Assembly: GCA_964012805.1 (NCBI GenBank)
Contig: CAXGUD010000006.1
Location: forward strand, 76,309-140,308
Direction of reading: 5' to 3'
Source of the DNA: an uncultured Bacteriovoracaceae bacterium
GTDB lineage: Bacteria > Bdellovibrionota > Bacteriovoracia > Bacteriovoracales > Bacteriovoracaceae
DNA: 64,000 nucleotides
Within the stretch, counting starts at the first letter, position 1. The number at the start of each line of letters is the position of its first letter. Of this stretch, positions 37,655-47,841 are shown one piece after another. Position numbers and translations under genes: made by a program. The notes below the pieces were generated by a model. That model did no database searches, was not told the DNA's origin, and saw only the letters and a list, made by a program, of their open reading frames with translations.

Positions 37655-38638
37655 TTATTTAATTTTGATAAGCTTTTTTAAAGTTAAAATTGGTATAGAA
37701 ATGCCTAAGAATGGAGTTAGGATATGCCTTATGATAGTTGCCAATATATTTTCATTCAAGTCGATAATTATTAAAAAATTTTTAAGAAGGAGCCTGATTG
37801 AGAAGAAAAGTATAAGGACAGAGAAAAAAAGGATTATCCTGTTTCTATAGGGGCCTGATTCTAACTTTTCAATTACATTAAAGTCTTTCATAGTAAATAG
37901 AAGTGTGTTGATTCCTAGAAAATAACACGAAATAAAGATGTCTGTAGTTGATAAAATAAAAAGGGTGGCAAAAGGAAACAAGAACAAGTAAATCATTGAA
38001 AAATTTAAAAGAGGAGGGCGGAAGAGGAAAATCCATTTTACAATTTTTTGTTTAAAAATAAAAAGAGTTACAAGGCCTAGGATATAACCTCCAATAATAT
38101 CTCCAATAAAATGGACGCCTAGATAAACTCTAGAAAAGGGAACTCCTATAATCATAAAAAGAGAAAGTAGTTTAATAATCCGATTGTCTTTATAGGATAT
38201 GTATAGGAACCCCCAAAAGCAGAGGCTCAAGGATGTATGCCCTGAAGGAAAACCATATTTGGGGTCCTTTAATTTCCTAAACTCATCAAGAATATTTTCA
38301 GGAATAAGAGCAAAAAAGCTTTGTTGTTCGAATTCTTGAATTAGAGGAAACTTACTTTTTAAAAGGAAGGGGTCCAGTAATTGAACCGATCCATCTAAGT
38401 AAAAAGGCCTTGGGTAAGAGAAAAAATCTTTTAAGAGGAAAGTTAAAAGGGCCCCAAAAAGTGTTAGATGTAAAATTTCCCAACCTTTCTTATAATCGAT
38501 ACAGAAAAAAAGAATAAGAATAAAGACAATATAAAAAGTGGGATAGCCAATATAGGAAAGTGCTTGCATGACAATTGTCAGAGCAGGGGTTGAGAAGTCC
38601 TGAAGCCAGGTTATGGGAGTTGTCTGAAACATCTTCAT
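37655..38638 (-). CDS. PAP2-family membrane phosphatase
   Basis: KDFFSYPRP, FPSGH, SRVYLGVHFIGD. Confidence 0.93.
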   Translation of the reverse strand: MKMFQTTPITWLQDFSTPALTIVMQALSYIGYPTFYIVFILILFFCIDYKKGWEILHLTLFGALLTFLLKDFFSYPRPFYLDGSVQLLDPFLLKSKFPLIQEFEQQSFFALIPENILDEFRKLKDPKYGFPSGHTSLSLCFWGFLYISYKDNRIIKLLSLFMIIGVPFSRVYLGVHFIGDIIGGYILGLVTLFIFKQKIVKWIFLFRPPLLNFSMIYLFLFPFATLFILSTTDIFISCYFLGINTLLFTMKDFNVIEKLESGPYRNRIILFFSVLILFFSIRLLLKNFLIIIDLNENILATIIRHILTPFLGISIPILTLKKLIKIK

Positions 38639-38880
38639 TCCTAATAAAAAAGTAAAAACACTTCGTTTATGTTACTTTAATATTATTTTGATTGAGAAAC
38701 CTTTTTAGGAAATAAATATTTATTAAAATTTAAGAAATGCTTTGGTTCTTTTTAGATATTGTTTTAAAATAAAATTTTAACCGTCTTTATTAAATTTAAG
38801 GAAATTTTGTTGATAGTTTTTGTTTGACGTTGAAAGAGGATTAATTCCCCATCAAATACGCTCAGAGAAGGGCATTTTAA

Positions 38881-39150
38881 ATGACGAATGAAGAGTATTT
38901 TTCGGAAGTTTTAAGAGTCTGTAAGATCGTTGCTGCTCAGGATAACCTAGATGATTTTCTTAACTTTTTGGAAGTTTTGGATCGTAATTTAAAAAAAATG
39001 GATGAAGAAGAGGTGCAAAATCAAATTTCTATCGTGGTTGGATATTTGGCGCGGATTAGAAAAGAAAGGCTTGAATCTTTTGGTGTGCAAGATAACTTTG
39101 GCCAAGGTAACAAAAAATTTTTGAAGTTTTTAAAAGAGTATAAGGAATAA
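38881..39150 (+). CDS. Hypothetical protein
   Basis: 89-aa helical ORF followed by a terminator. Confidence 0.6.
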   Translation: MTNEEYFSEVLRVCKIVAAQDNLDDFLNFLEVLDRNLKKMDEEEVQNQISIVVGYLARIRKERLESFGVQDNFGQGNKKFLKFLKEYKE

Positions 39151-39159
39151 TGACTGATT

Positions 39160-39191
39160 AAAAAAAGGGAGGAGAATATCCTCCCTTTTTT
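39160..39191. terminator. Bidirectional intrinsic terminator
   Basis: A7-GGGAGGA-gaata-TCCTCCC-T6. Confidence 0.9.
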
Positions 39192-39209
39192 AATTTTGTT
39201 TACACTTTT

Positions 39210-40028
39210 TTAGTTATTAAAAATCATATTGTTAACAACAGCTTTCATGCCTTCTGGAGAAACATTATTGTGAGCAGCGGCTTTTTCAATGAGGTTGTCA
39301 AAGCTTTTAACATCACCTTCAGCTAAAGAAGTGAAGGCTTCTTTTGCTGAAGTGTAGTCTGAGCCAAGAATCATGTTTGAAAAAGCATTCATATCTTTTT
39401 CTGTAAGGTTTCTTGATTTTTGGATTCTTTTAAAAGTAGAAAATGTTTTTGCAATTTTTTGTCCTCTTTCTTCGGAGAAACCGTAGTTGTTTACAAGAAC
39501 ATCACCTAGAGCTTTTGAACTTTTGTTTTCAATAAGAGCGCCCATTGATTCAAGGTCTTTACCGAAGTTTGATTGCTCAGAAAATGTATATTCTGTGTCA
39601 TTAATCTCTGTTAAGTAAGTATCAGTCACTGGATTGTATTCAATTTCCGTAAAAATCACAACTTCAGTATCATCCATATCCTGGTATTCATCTAAGTCAT
39701 AATCAATTTCCTCAGAATTGAAAGTAACTCCAAAAGGCCTGGCATCCCATACTCTGTTTATATAAGTTTCCCAAGACCTCATAGGGTTATAAAGAGAGAG
39801 GTTAAAAACGCCTGCCTCAGATTCGATATCTTCAAGTTCACTTTCAACTTCTTTCCACTTTAGGGCAACATATGTTTGGCCATCATCTCCAACAAAAGTG
39901 TCAATGACTTCAACATCATGATAACCGTCTTGGCGGTCTAATGAGTTAGCAAAAAGTTCTTCTTTGGAGACAGGATTGTTACAACCCACTAACGCGAAGA
40001 GAAGGGAAAGTATTAGAATCATTTTCAT
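39210..40028 (-). CDS. Hypothetical acidic lipoprotein
   Basis: AGGAG RBS before ATG 40028; lipobox LVGC. Confidence 0.8.
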   Translation of the reverse strand: MKMILILSLLFALVGCNNPVSKEELFANSLDRQDGYHDVEVIDTFVGDDGQTYVALKWKEVESELEDIESEAGVFNLSLYNPMRSWETYINRVWDARPFGVTFNSEEIDYDLDEYQDMDDTEVVIFTEIEYNPVTDTYLTEINDTEYTFSEQSNFGKDLESMGALIENKSSKALGDVLVNNYGFSEERGQKIAKTFSTFKRIQKSRNLTEKDMNAFSNMILGSDYTSAKEAFTSLAEGDVKSFDNLIEKAAAHNNVSPEGMKAVVNNMIFNN

Positions 40029-40230
40029 AAAGTTTCTCCTGATCAAAATTTTTAAGGATTTATCTTTATAAAAAAGGTTGTTTATTATCAACAGAAAAGG
40101 AGCAAAAGCTTATTACAATGGACGTTAAAAGAATTTAATAGTAAAAGTTTAATCAAAAGATAACTTTACTTTATTTTATTCAATTCAAACTTTTTTTACG
40201 TTTGCGTTAAAGTTTTCAATAAGTTTTTTT

Positions 40231-41925
40231 TTATTTCTCGAAGTCCCTTGGTGAGCGGGGATTATCTTGCTCTCCGTTAACAAAAAGAAGAGTTGTTCCC
40301 GTTACCAAATTTGTGTTTTCTATGTCTCCGACCAGCTCTGGATAACTGATGATGTCAAAGTTTGAAAAGGGCCCTAAAAACGCCTTGTTATTACCTGGCA
40401 TATCGGAGTAGTAAGCAGGAAGTCCTGTTAAAATTGTTTCAAGGTTTTTACTCCCTCCCTTGGCCTTAAAATACTTTTTATTATAGTAGGAATAAGTACT
40501 GCACCCATTAAAGAAGATAATTTGGTAATTCTTTTTAAATTGAAGTTTAGGTACATTCACCTCCTTCAATCTTATATTCATGCCGTCTAAGTCAAGGTTT
40601 GCTCCAAGCCCTGAATGGCCATTATAACTAATAACTTCGTATTCCTCGATGGACTTTTTCCAAAAGAGAGGGAAAGTCGCATCGGGAGAAGCAATGTCGG
40701 TATCTGTAATCAGCATATCTAAGATGGCAACCTTATTTCCTTTAAGCTTCTTTTCATAACGGGCAAAATTATTGAGACCTGGAAGGTTCTTTTTCTTTTT
40801 AATTTTGTGATAGCCCAAAGAGAACCATTTCCTCTCCTCAATTTTCTTAAAGTTGAGTTCCTTTAAAACGTCTTGCATTTCATCCCAATTTTCCATTCCC
40901 ACATCAAGGGTTGGCCTTTTCCCTTCATCCTCATTATTTTTTAAAAACTGATTAATTTTCATATCGCTATTTTTTGATGAAATGAGAGTCTTAAGAGTTT
41001 CGAGCTTTTCTTTAATAGAGCTAGAGGTTATTTTTCCAGAAGCATTTTTCCAGTTCATATGGTTATTATAACCAATAAGGACAATCATTTTAATTTGGTT
41101 GTCTTTATAGAGTTTGTTAAAGTCTGGATAGTGTGAAATGCTCTTCTCGTAATGTTTGGGTTTTCTAAACTTAACATCAACCTCTACTGTTCTTCTTTTT
41201 TGGTTCATCCATTCATAACAACCTTCTTTATAGGGGTCATAAAAGTACCAATAGTCACCAAAGCCTGAATAGTGATCATCAGTGCACCCTTTGTGATAAA
41301 TCTTACTTTCTTTTGTGGTGGATGGAAGATGAGTTGTGATAATGGTTTCCTGAATTCCCCTTCTTTTGGAAGAGTTCTTTAGGATATCTTTTGAGATAAG
41401 GGCCTTGGTGAAATAGTACTTATAGCCGACTATTAATTTTTTACTTTCTACGCCCTTTATTGTAATTCCTCCTACAATATGATTTTCTCCTAAAACTCCA
41501 GCGGCGCCTTTTTTTACATCAAGGGCCTCGGAATAACCAGGGGATTGTAAAATGCCGTAGAGGTAGCTGGTTTGTTCGATAATTTGACCCCTAATAAATG
41601 CTCTTAGCTTTTGGGCCTTCTTTTTTCCTTTAAATTGAATTTTAATTTTATTCCTAGAAAGTAACTTCATTCCTTTTTTCAACTTAATTTTTTCCTTACC
41701 TAATAGAAAGTTTACCTTCTTTAGGTCTAGGTAAACATCAATCTCACCATTTTCAATTCTTAAAATAACCTCTTCGGCATGAGTTAATTTAAGGAGGTCG
41801 GCATCGTTGTTTCCAATAGGACTTTTTTTATCCGGCCCTGTTGTCACCGAAGCTGGAAGGCGGAATGCCCAGAGAGAATGAATATTGAAAAGGACAAAAA
41901 GGACTACCAAGATTACGTTTTTCAA
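40231..41925 (-). CDS. Secreted protein with a C-terminal putative caspase/gingipain-fold (clan CD) His-Cys domain
   Basis: Signal peptide; VISYNGHSG and IIFFNGCSTY strand-His and strand-Cys motifs. Confidence 0.55.
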   Translation of the reverse strand: MKNVILVVLFVLFNIHSLWAFRLPASVTTGPDKKSPIGNNDADLLKLTHAEEVILRIENGEIDVYLDLKKVNFLLGKEKIKLKKGMKLLSRNKIKIQFKGKKKAQKLRAFIRGQIIEQTSYLYGILQSPGYSEALDVKKGAAGVLGENHIVGGITIKGVESKKLIVGYKYYFTKALISKDILKNSSKRRGIQETIITTHLPSTTKESKIYHKGCTDDHYSGFGDYWYFYDPYKEGCYEWMNQKRRTVEVDVKFRKPKHYEKSISHYPDFNKLYKDNQIKMIVLIGYNNHMNWKNASGKITSSSIKEKLETLKTLISSKNSDMKINQFLKNNEDEGKRPTLDVGMENWDEMQDVLKELNFKKIEERKWFSLGYHKIKKKKNLPGLNNFARYEKKLKGNKVAILDMLITDTDIASPDATFPLFWKKSIEEYEVISYNGHSGLGANLDLDGMNIRLKEVNVPKLQFKKNYQIIFFNGCSTYSYYNKKYFKAKGGSKNLETILTGLPAYYSDMPGNNKAFLGPFSNFDIISYPELVGDIENTNLVTGTTLLFVNGEQDNPRSPRDFEK

Positions 41926-41965
41926 AGAAACCTTCCTTCATAAAAAAATAAAACATTAGTTGATC

Positions 41966-41992
41966 TAATCGGTTTGTTTTTCTTTTGGTTTA
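41966..41992 (-). promoter_or_regulatory. sigma28 (FliA)-like promoter
   Basis: Minus strand TAAA-N15-ACCGATTA, 41 nt upstream of the 41925 start. Confidence 0.6.
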
Positions 41993-42271
41993 ACGAAAAA
42001 AGAGCTTCTCTTTAGGGCCTTCTTGTTAGGGGCGTTTATTAAATCTTCTTTATTTAAAGTCATTTTTAGCTTTTTTGTCTTGGTGCGCAAGCAACTAAAA
42101 TGAGGAGGGTATAACGCTTCATGTTTCGATTTAGTGACACTGGTATCACTTTATTGGTCATTTTTTGGCACCAAACCCTCTCTTTTAGTCATATTAAACA
42201 CATTTTTTTTGGCATTAGTTTTGCTTAAAGAATAAGCACAAAACAAAAAATCTAGAAAGGAGTTTGAAATT

Positions 42272-42895
42272 ATGAAAAAAATACTATCTCTCGTCTTTGC
42301 ATTATTGATGGTTGGAAGTGTTGAAGCGGCACGGTCTATTGAAGCCGGGCCTATCTGGTCAAATGACCATGCCCAAAGAGTATGTCCACGGGTTTGTGAC
42401 AGAAATGATATGGACTGGCAAGGCCAGTGGTGGACAACAAGGCAAGGACAAATGTCTGTGTGTCAGTGTGAAGATCGTTATAATACTCCAAGAAGACCTC
42501 ATAGACCAAGACCCGGTTACGGAAATGACGTAAGACGTTTTGAATTAGATTTTAATCAACATAGAGTTTTCAGAGGAGAGAACACTATTGGCCTAAGAAG
42601 AATGTTAAGAGACCAGTACGGAATTAATAGCAAGCGTTTTAACCTTAAAAAAGTTGTTTTAGTTGCTAAATCAGCTCGTGGTAGAGGACTCGCTTACTTA
42701 ACTGTTGGTGACTTTTCTTCTTTCGAAGAAACTATAAATGGAAACAGATATGACTTTGATTCAAGAGGTGGTTTTGACAGAGTTCGTTTTAGAAGCCCAA
42801 AAAGAAACTCTCGTGGACCATGGCAACTACACCTTCGTGGTAAAATCAAAATCAAAAAGATTATTCTTAAGCTAGAAAGAAGAAATCGTAGATAA
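42272..42895 (+). CDS. Secreted mannan-binding (MVL-type) lectin domain protein with Arg-rich C-terminal domain
   Basis: AAGGAG RBS; signal peptide; EAGPIWSNDHAQRVCPRVC...WQGQWWTT..GQMSVCQC. Confidence 0.88.
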   Translation: MKKILSLVFALLMVGSVEAARSIEAGPIWSNDHAQRVCPRVCDRNDMDWQGQWWTTRQGQMSVCQCEDRYNTPRRPHRPRPGYGNDVRRFELDFNQHRVFRGENTIGLRRMLRDQYGINSKRFNLKKVVLVAKSARGRGLAYLTVGDFSSFEETINGNRYDFDSRGGFDRVRFRSPKRNSRGPWQLHLRGKIKIKKIILKLERRNRR

Positions 42896-42919
42896 TTTTT
42901 TAAAAAAAGATATGATGAG

Positions 42920-42946
42920 AAAAGGGGCCTTAAGGCCCCTTTTTTT
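42920..42946 (+). terminator. Intrinsic terminator
   Basis: AAAAGGGGCC-TTAA-GGCCCC-T7 after the lectin gene. Confidence 0.9.
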
Positions 42947-43119
42947 ATTAAAACAAATTAAGACCATCCTTATTAAATAAAAACTCTTTTATACCTATTA
43001 ATTAATGATTGCTTCCATCGGCTTCTTAGGAAAATGACTTTGGTACTTTGTCATTGTGAACTCTTCATAAGTTTAATTTTTTGGTTAATGACATATTTTG
43101 TTTAGACATATTTAAAAAG

Positions 43120-43160
43120 AAGAAAAGAATAAGAAAAGAATAAGAAAAGAATAAGAAAAG
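43120..43160. repeat. 11-bp tandem repeat (AAGAAAAGAAT)x3.7
   Basis: Three exact copies plus AAGAAAAG, just upstream of the RDD gene. Confidence 0.9.
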
Positions 43161-43206
43161 GATGAGATAATAGGTTCACAGTAATAAACTTTGTTGGAGG
43201 TTTTTG

Positions 43207-43809
43207 ATGGGCTTAAAAAAATTGGATGACCAAATTGAAAACGAAGAAAATGTTCAATCAGAAATCCCAAAAGGAGAGCCTGTAGGTCTTTTTCGAAGAG
43301 GTCTTGTGTATATTGTAGATGGGCTTCTTATTTCTATACCATTAGCTTGTGTTATTTTCATTTTAGCAGGCTCTGTTATAACAGGTTTAGAAGAGCTTAA
43401 ATTGATAACGGCCCCCCCTGAAGGTAAAACAGACTCTACACATTAAATGGTTTCAGAAATTATAAGTGCAGTCTTTGTGATAGGTTTTGGTACACTTTGG
43501 TATGGATGGTTTAATAAAAATAAAGGAGGGTCTCCTGGAAAAATTTTGGCAAAGATGCAACTTATTAACACAAAAACTGGAGAAAACCTAACTTATGCTC
43601 AAACCTTTATGAGAGATGTCCTCTTCAAAGTTGTTTTTGCAATGGCTTTTACAGAGCTTTTAACTTTTTTAGTATCGGAGCAAGAGGCCCAAAGACTAGG
43701 AGGGGTTTATTACTTTATTATTGCGATCTTTATAGCCGTTAGGAAAGACAAAAAAGGCCTCCATGATATTCTGTGCAATACACAGGTTATCAGAAGGCCA
43801 AAAAAATAA
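43207..43809 (+). pseudogene. RDD-family membrane protein interrupted by one in-frame TAA (43444-43446)
   Basis: The first ORF has FRRGLVYIVDGLL. The in-frame second ORF has SPGK..., RDV and KKGLHDILCNTQV. Together they make one RDD domain. Confidence 0.8.
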
Positions 43810-43823
43810 GTTAAAAAAGTGAC

Positions 43824-44417
43824 CTAAAGAAGAGTCGCTTTTTTAATGATAATTGGATTAACAGGAACATTAGCATGGTAGCCTGAGTTGCCAGTTTTAA
43901 CCTTTTTCATTCTGTTAACAATACTCATTCCCTTAATGACTTTACCAAAAACAGCATAACCATAACCCGCTTGATTTTTGGCCTTGTGGTTTAAAAAAGT
44001 ATTGTTACTTACATTAATAAAAAACTGGTTCGTGGCGCTATGAGGATCAGAAGTCCTTGCCATGGCAACAGTTCCTGATTCATTTAAAAGTCCATTGTCA
44101 GCTTCGTTTTTAATGGGCTTCATATTTGCTTTTGGCTTAAGGTCTTTATCTAGGCCTCCACCTTGAACCATAAAATTATCGATAACTCTATGAAAGACAG
44201 TTCCTTCATAAGTTCCTTTTTTAACGTAGGCCAAAAAGTTTTTTACTGTAATAGGGGCTTTTTTAGAGTCAAGCTCTAAAGTGATATCACCCATTGTTGT
44301 TTTCAAAAGAACTTTTGGGTTACCTTTTGACGTTTTGGCCAAAAGATTTCCGTTAAGTCCAAGAATAAGAATTCCAAGAAAAAGGCCCTTTTTTAATGAG
44401 CGTAGAAATGCTGTCAT
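43824..44417 (-). CDS. ppiA: Periplasmic cyclophilin-type peptidyl-prolyl isomerase
   Basis: FHRVIDNFMVQGGG, VAMART, SATNQFFIN, YAVFGKV; signal peptide; GGAGG RBS. Confidence 0.93.
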   Translation of the reverse strand: MTAFLRSLKKGLFLGILILGLNGNLLAKTSKGNPKVLLKTTMGDITLELDSKKAPITVKNFLAYVKKGTYEGTVFHRVIDNFMVQGGGLDKDLKPKANMKPIKNEADNGLLNESGTVAMARTSDPHSATNQFFINVSNNTFLNHKAKNQAGYGYAVFGKVIKGMSIVNRMKKVKTGNSGYHANVPVNPIIIKKATLL

Positions 44418-44487
44418 GAATCCTCCCATGAATAGATAATTTCTTTAAAAGATAATGGGATAGATTATGCCATTATAAAGATATTTT

Positions 44488-45318
44488 TTATAGAGAAAAT
44501 GTGGCCGTTACGGCGCGGTGGTCTGAAGGCCATGGGTTTCCCCCTACAGGGCCATCGTGGACGCTTGATGTCAAAATGTCTAGGGGACCTTTGAAGAAAA
44601 TATAATCAATCCTATCTGAGGTTTCTTTGCTTGGCCTAAAGGGATTAGGAGTCCAGGTGTACCCCGGATGCGAAATAGCATTTGGAAACAAAGTCCTGTA
44701 TGCATCTTTAAAGCCTTCTGTTTCAAGCATTTTTGTAACCGGTAGCTTTGTAGAGTGGAGCGTTCCTTTCCAGTCTATATGGGAAACAGTGTTAAGGTCA
44801 CCGACCAGAAAAACGGGTGTCTCATCAAAATTAAACTTCTTTGATGAGATCTTTTTCATGACTTTTTTGAGCTCCCTTAAGCGGTGCCTTTCAAAAGGCT
44901 TTTTGCCATCTCTAACAAGGTAAGGGGTGTAGGGGTAAGGAGGTAAGTGAACATTAAAAAAACCTATTATTTCCTTTTCTTTCCCACTCACTTCTTTTGG
45001 TATTTGAATAAGGACTCCGTCTCTTTTTTTAAGCCCTCTTTTTTTAATTTTTTCTACAATCGGAAACTTTGAAAGGACACTGCTTAGCTGATCAAAATGA
45101 TAATCAAGTTGAATGGCGATTTTTTTTAAGGAAAAATCGGCTTCTTGAATACCCACAATGTCAGGGTTTTCTCTTTTAATAAATTCAATGACTGCTGGTA
45201 GTCGGCCCAGACCACCGCGTTTGATATTGAAGCTCATGACTTTAAGCTCATAAGCACAAAGCTCTCCTGTTCTAAGAATAAATCCTAGAAGGATGCCAAA
45301 AACTAAAAATTTTTTCAT
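44488..45318 (-). CDS. Secreted endonuclease/exonuclease/phosphatase (EEP) family protein
   Basis: MSFNI, IQE, GDLN, RIDYIF, PSDHRAV. Confidence 0.93.
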   Translation of the reverse strand: MKKFLVFGILLGFILRTGELCAYELKVMSFNIKRGGLGRLPAVIEFIKRENPDIVGIQEADFSLKKIAIQLDYHFDQLSSVLSKFPIVEKIKKRGLKKRDGVLIQIPKEVSGKEKEIIGFFNVHLPPYPYTPYLVRDGKKPFERHRLRELKKVMKKISSKKFNFDETPVFLVGDLNTVSHIDWKGTLHSTKLPVTKMLETEGFKDAYRTLFPNAISHPGYTWTPNPFRPSKETSDRIDYIFFKGPLDILTSSVHDGPVGGNPWPSDHRAVTATFSL

Positions 45319-45372
45319 GGGCGGAATTTAAAGCTTCATAAGATAAATGTCAAAATAAACCTAACAAAAAGT

Positions 45373-47841
45373 TTAATGCTCCCTTTCCCTTTTTCTTTCT
45401 AAAGCGTCAGCGGCCCTTCCCAGTCTTCTTTTCATTTTTTGAAGATCGATATCGTGAGGAGGCGGATTTATCACCTCTTCTTGTTTTTTTCTAACGGTTT
45501 CAATTTCTGGGACAACAATTTCACCCTCCCTTAAGTTTTTAAGAAGGCTTTTTGTAGAAGCATGACTTGTGTTTGTTTCCACCAGCCATTTCTCAAGGTC
45601 TTCATCTTGAACCCCTGGAGGTAACGGGGGGACGCAAGAGGGGCAACCCCATTTGCAAGGACAAGCTTCAATAATTTTATGACATAGCTCTAAGGCCTCG
45701 GTAAAAAGGTCATAAATTTTTTCACTATACCCAACGCCCCCTTCATGGGCATCAAAAAGGTAAAGAGCGCAGTCCCAATCGTCTTTGTTTTTAGTGAGGG
45801 AAACATCAGTTTGGATATCTTCTTTACTTCCCATACAAAACCCTGGAGCTGTCCTTCTTAGAAGATAGCTAAGTCCGTAGAGGGCCCCTGTTTTAAGTCT
45901 TTTGTCGGCGTTATCTAATTGTTTTTGCCACTCCCTATTGGGAAGAAGGCAAAGTCCTGTCGTTTCATATTCAAAGGGAGCGAGAGTAATAGGGCCATAG
46001 CCAATATTTTCGTAAGTCCTCTCCCTTATTTTTTTAAATAGCTTTGGTTGGCGGTTTGTGTAGATGTCTCCAAACTGGAGGTCAGATCCAAGAAGGTTTT
46101 TCTTTTCCAGGATGTCATGCATTTCAACTCTGCTTTCCCAGACTGCTTCTGTGTAATAATCGACATCAACTCTTTCAACCTCGCAAAGCTTTTTTTCAAG
46201 GTCTAGGTTAAGGGACATAAACCGTTCACCTAAGTGTTGGTAAATGGCGTCCTTATAAAGAGTTCCTCTCGCACCAATAGGGTCGATTTCTCCAATGACC
46301 ACGCCCTTGTGAAAAATCTCAATATTATAATCAGTCATTCCCCTTAAGTTGACGCCTCTTGAAGGAAAGTGAACACCATCATAGCGGAGGTCACCTTCGA
46401 CTTCTTTTAAAGTACCTTTTTTGAGGAGGACTTTTTTGGCCTCTTCTAAAAGAGTTGGGTCACAATGTTTTTCATACTCCCTTAAAGGGTACTCCTGGGC
46501 CATACAAGGAAGGTGCTGGAGAAAGATATAGGGGTTATCAGCATTAAGCCAGGCCTGTTCAATAGGTGCCTTTGTCATAAAGTCAGGGTTATTCACAATA
46601 TACTGATCAACGGGAGCGTTCCTCCCAACAAAAACCACAGCAGCTCTTTTTCCCTTACGGCCTACCCTTCCTGCTTGCTGCCAAAAGCTCGCAACGGTTC
46701 CAGGGTGACCATTGATAATACAAAGCTCAAGGTCACCAATATCAATGCCTAGCTCTAAAGCGTTGGTGGTTATAATCGTTGTGATTTTGCCATCAAAAAG
46801 GTCCCTTTCTAGTTTCCTTCTTTCGTTAGGAAGAAGGCCCCCCCTATAAGGCTTTACTTTATCTTTTAATTGATAGTGGCCATCAGTGACGGCGCGGTAG
46901 AGCCTTTCAACTTGTTGACGGGCCTTACAAAAGCAAATTGTCCTGACCCCTTCCATAGTTGCTTTTCTTATAAGAGGGATTGCAACACTCGCTGGCCCTT
47001 TCCTAAAATAGGTGTCGCCGTGACCTTTGACTAAAGGTGGATTTGTAAAATAAAGGTCTCTTTCAGGTTTAGGGGCCCCATCAAGGCCAACAACACTGAA
47101 GGGTTGTTGGAAAAGGGCCTCAACATGTTCTTTTGGGTTTCCAACGGTTGCTGAAGAGCATACAAATTGAGGTTTACTGCCATGAAGTTCAGCAACTCTT
47201 TGAAGCCGCCTCATAACGTTTGCCGTGTGGGAGCCATAAACTCCTCTATAAGTGTGAACTTCATCGACGACGATATATTTAAGCCTTGAAAGAAAATAAC
47301 GCCATCTTCTATTATGGTTAGGAAGAATACCAGCGTGAAGCATATCTGGGTTTGTTAAAATGAAGTCGGCACTTCTTTGAAGAAGTGACCTTTCTTCTCT
47401 TGGAGTGTCCCCGTCAAAAGTTCCAAGTTTTCGCTCCCTCACGATACCACTCATTAGTTGGTAAAGAGTACTTTCCTGATCCCTTGAGAGGGCCTTCGTT
47501 GGGTAAAGGAGGAGGACGCTAAATGGAGCCTTTGATTTCAGGTATTCATCAAGTATGGGGAGCCAAAAAGAAAGTGTCTTTCCGCTAGCTGTTTGACTTA
47601 CGATAACTGTGTTATCTCCCTTTTTAATTTTTTGAAAAGCATCGGCTTGATGAGAGTAAAGTGATTCAATGCCTGTGTCTTTTAAGATGCCTTGAATTCC
47701 CTCATGCATATTGTCTGGGAAAGGCGCAAAAGAGCCTTTGGTAGAGGGAAGAGTTTGTTGGGCGCTAATTTCAGGAAAAAACTTTTGCTCAAAAAATTGA
47801 AGAGTTTTTTCTAAGGGGTTTAAGGAGACATTGCCAAGCAT
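45373..47841 (-). CDS. DEAH-box helicase with C-terminal DUF1998 (MrfA/YprA/Hrq1-like)
   Basis: LYSHQ, TASGKT, PTKAL, TNPDMLH, DEVH, SAT, ALELGIDIG, QQAGRVGR, EGGVG, CPCKWGCPSC. Confidence 0.95.
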   Translation of the reverse strand: MLGNVSLNPLEKTLQFFEQKFFPEISAQQTLPSTKGSFAPFPDNMHEGIQGILKDTGIESLYSHQADAFQKIKKGDNTVIVSQTASGKTLSFWLPILDEYLKSKAPFSVLLLYPTKALSRDQESTLYQLMSGIVRERKLGTFDGDTPREERSLLQRSADFILTNPDMLHAGILPNHNRRWRYFLSRLKYIVVDEVHTYRGVYGSHTANVMRRLQRVAELHGSKPQFVCSSATVGNPKEHVEALFQQPFSVVGLDGAPKPERDLYFTNPPLVKGHGDTYFRKGPASVAIPLIRKATMEGVRTICFCKARQQVERLYRAVTDGHYQLKDKVKPYRGGLLPNERRKLERDLFDGKITTIITTNALELGIDIGDLELCIINGHPGTVASFWQQAGRVGRKGKRAAVVFVGRNAPVDQYIVNNPDFMTKAPIEQAWLNADNPYIFLQHLPCMAQEYPLREYEKHCDPTLLEEAKKVLLKKGTLKEVEGDLRYDGVHFPSRGVNLRGMTDYNIEIFHKGVVIGEIDPIGARGTLYKDAIYQHLGERFMSLNLDLEKKLCEVERVDVDYYTEAVWESRVEMHDILEKKNLLGSDLQFGDIYTNRQPKLFKKIRERTYENIGYGPITLAPFEYETTGLCLLPNREWQKQLDNADKRLKTGALYGLSYLLRRTAPGFCMGSKEDIQTDVSLTKNKDDWDCALYLFDAHEGGVGYSEKIYDLFTEALELCHKIIEACPCKWGCPSCVPPLPPGVQDEDLEKWLVETNTSHASTKSLLKNLREGEIVVPEIETVRKKQEEVINPPPHDIDLQKMKRRLGRAADALERKREREH

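Noticed and set aside
43120..43160. CRISPR-like array
   Set aside because: Contiguous 11-bp units with no spacers and no cas genes.
43444..43446. Stop-codon reassignment or selenocysteine recoding
   Set aside because: The codon is TAA, which terminates most genes in the window; only one gene is affected.
44488..47841. DUF1998 helicase + EEP nuclease as a defence or repair module (DISARM/Druantia/MrfAB-like)
   Set aside because: The EEP protein has a signal peptide, no methylase, PLD or MrfB-like exonuclease is adjacent, and the helicase looks like a stand-alone MrfA/Hrq1 type.
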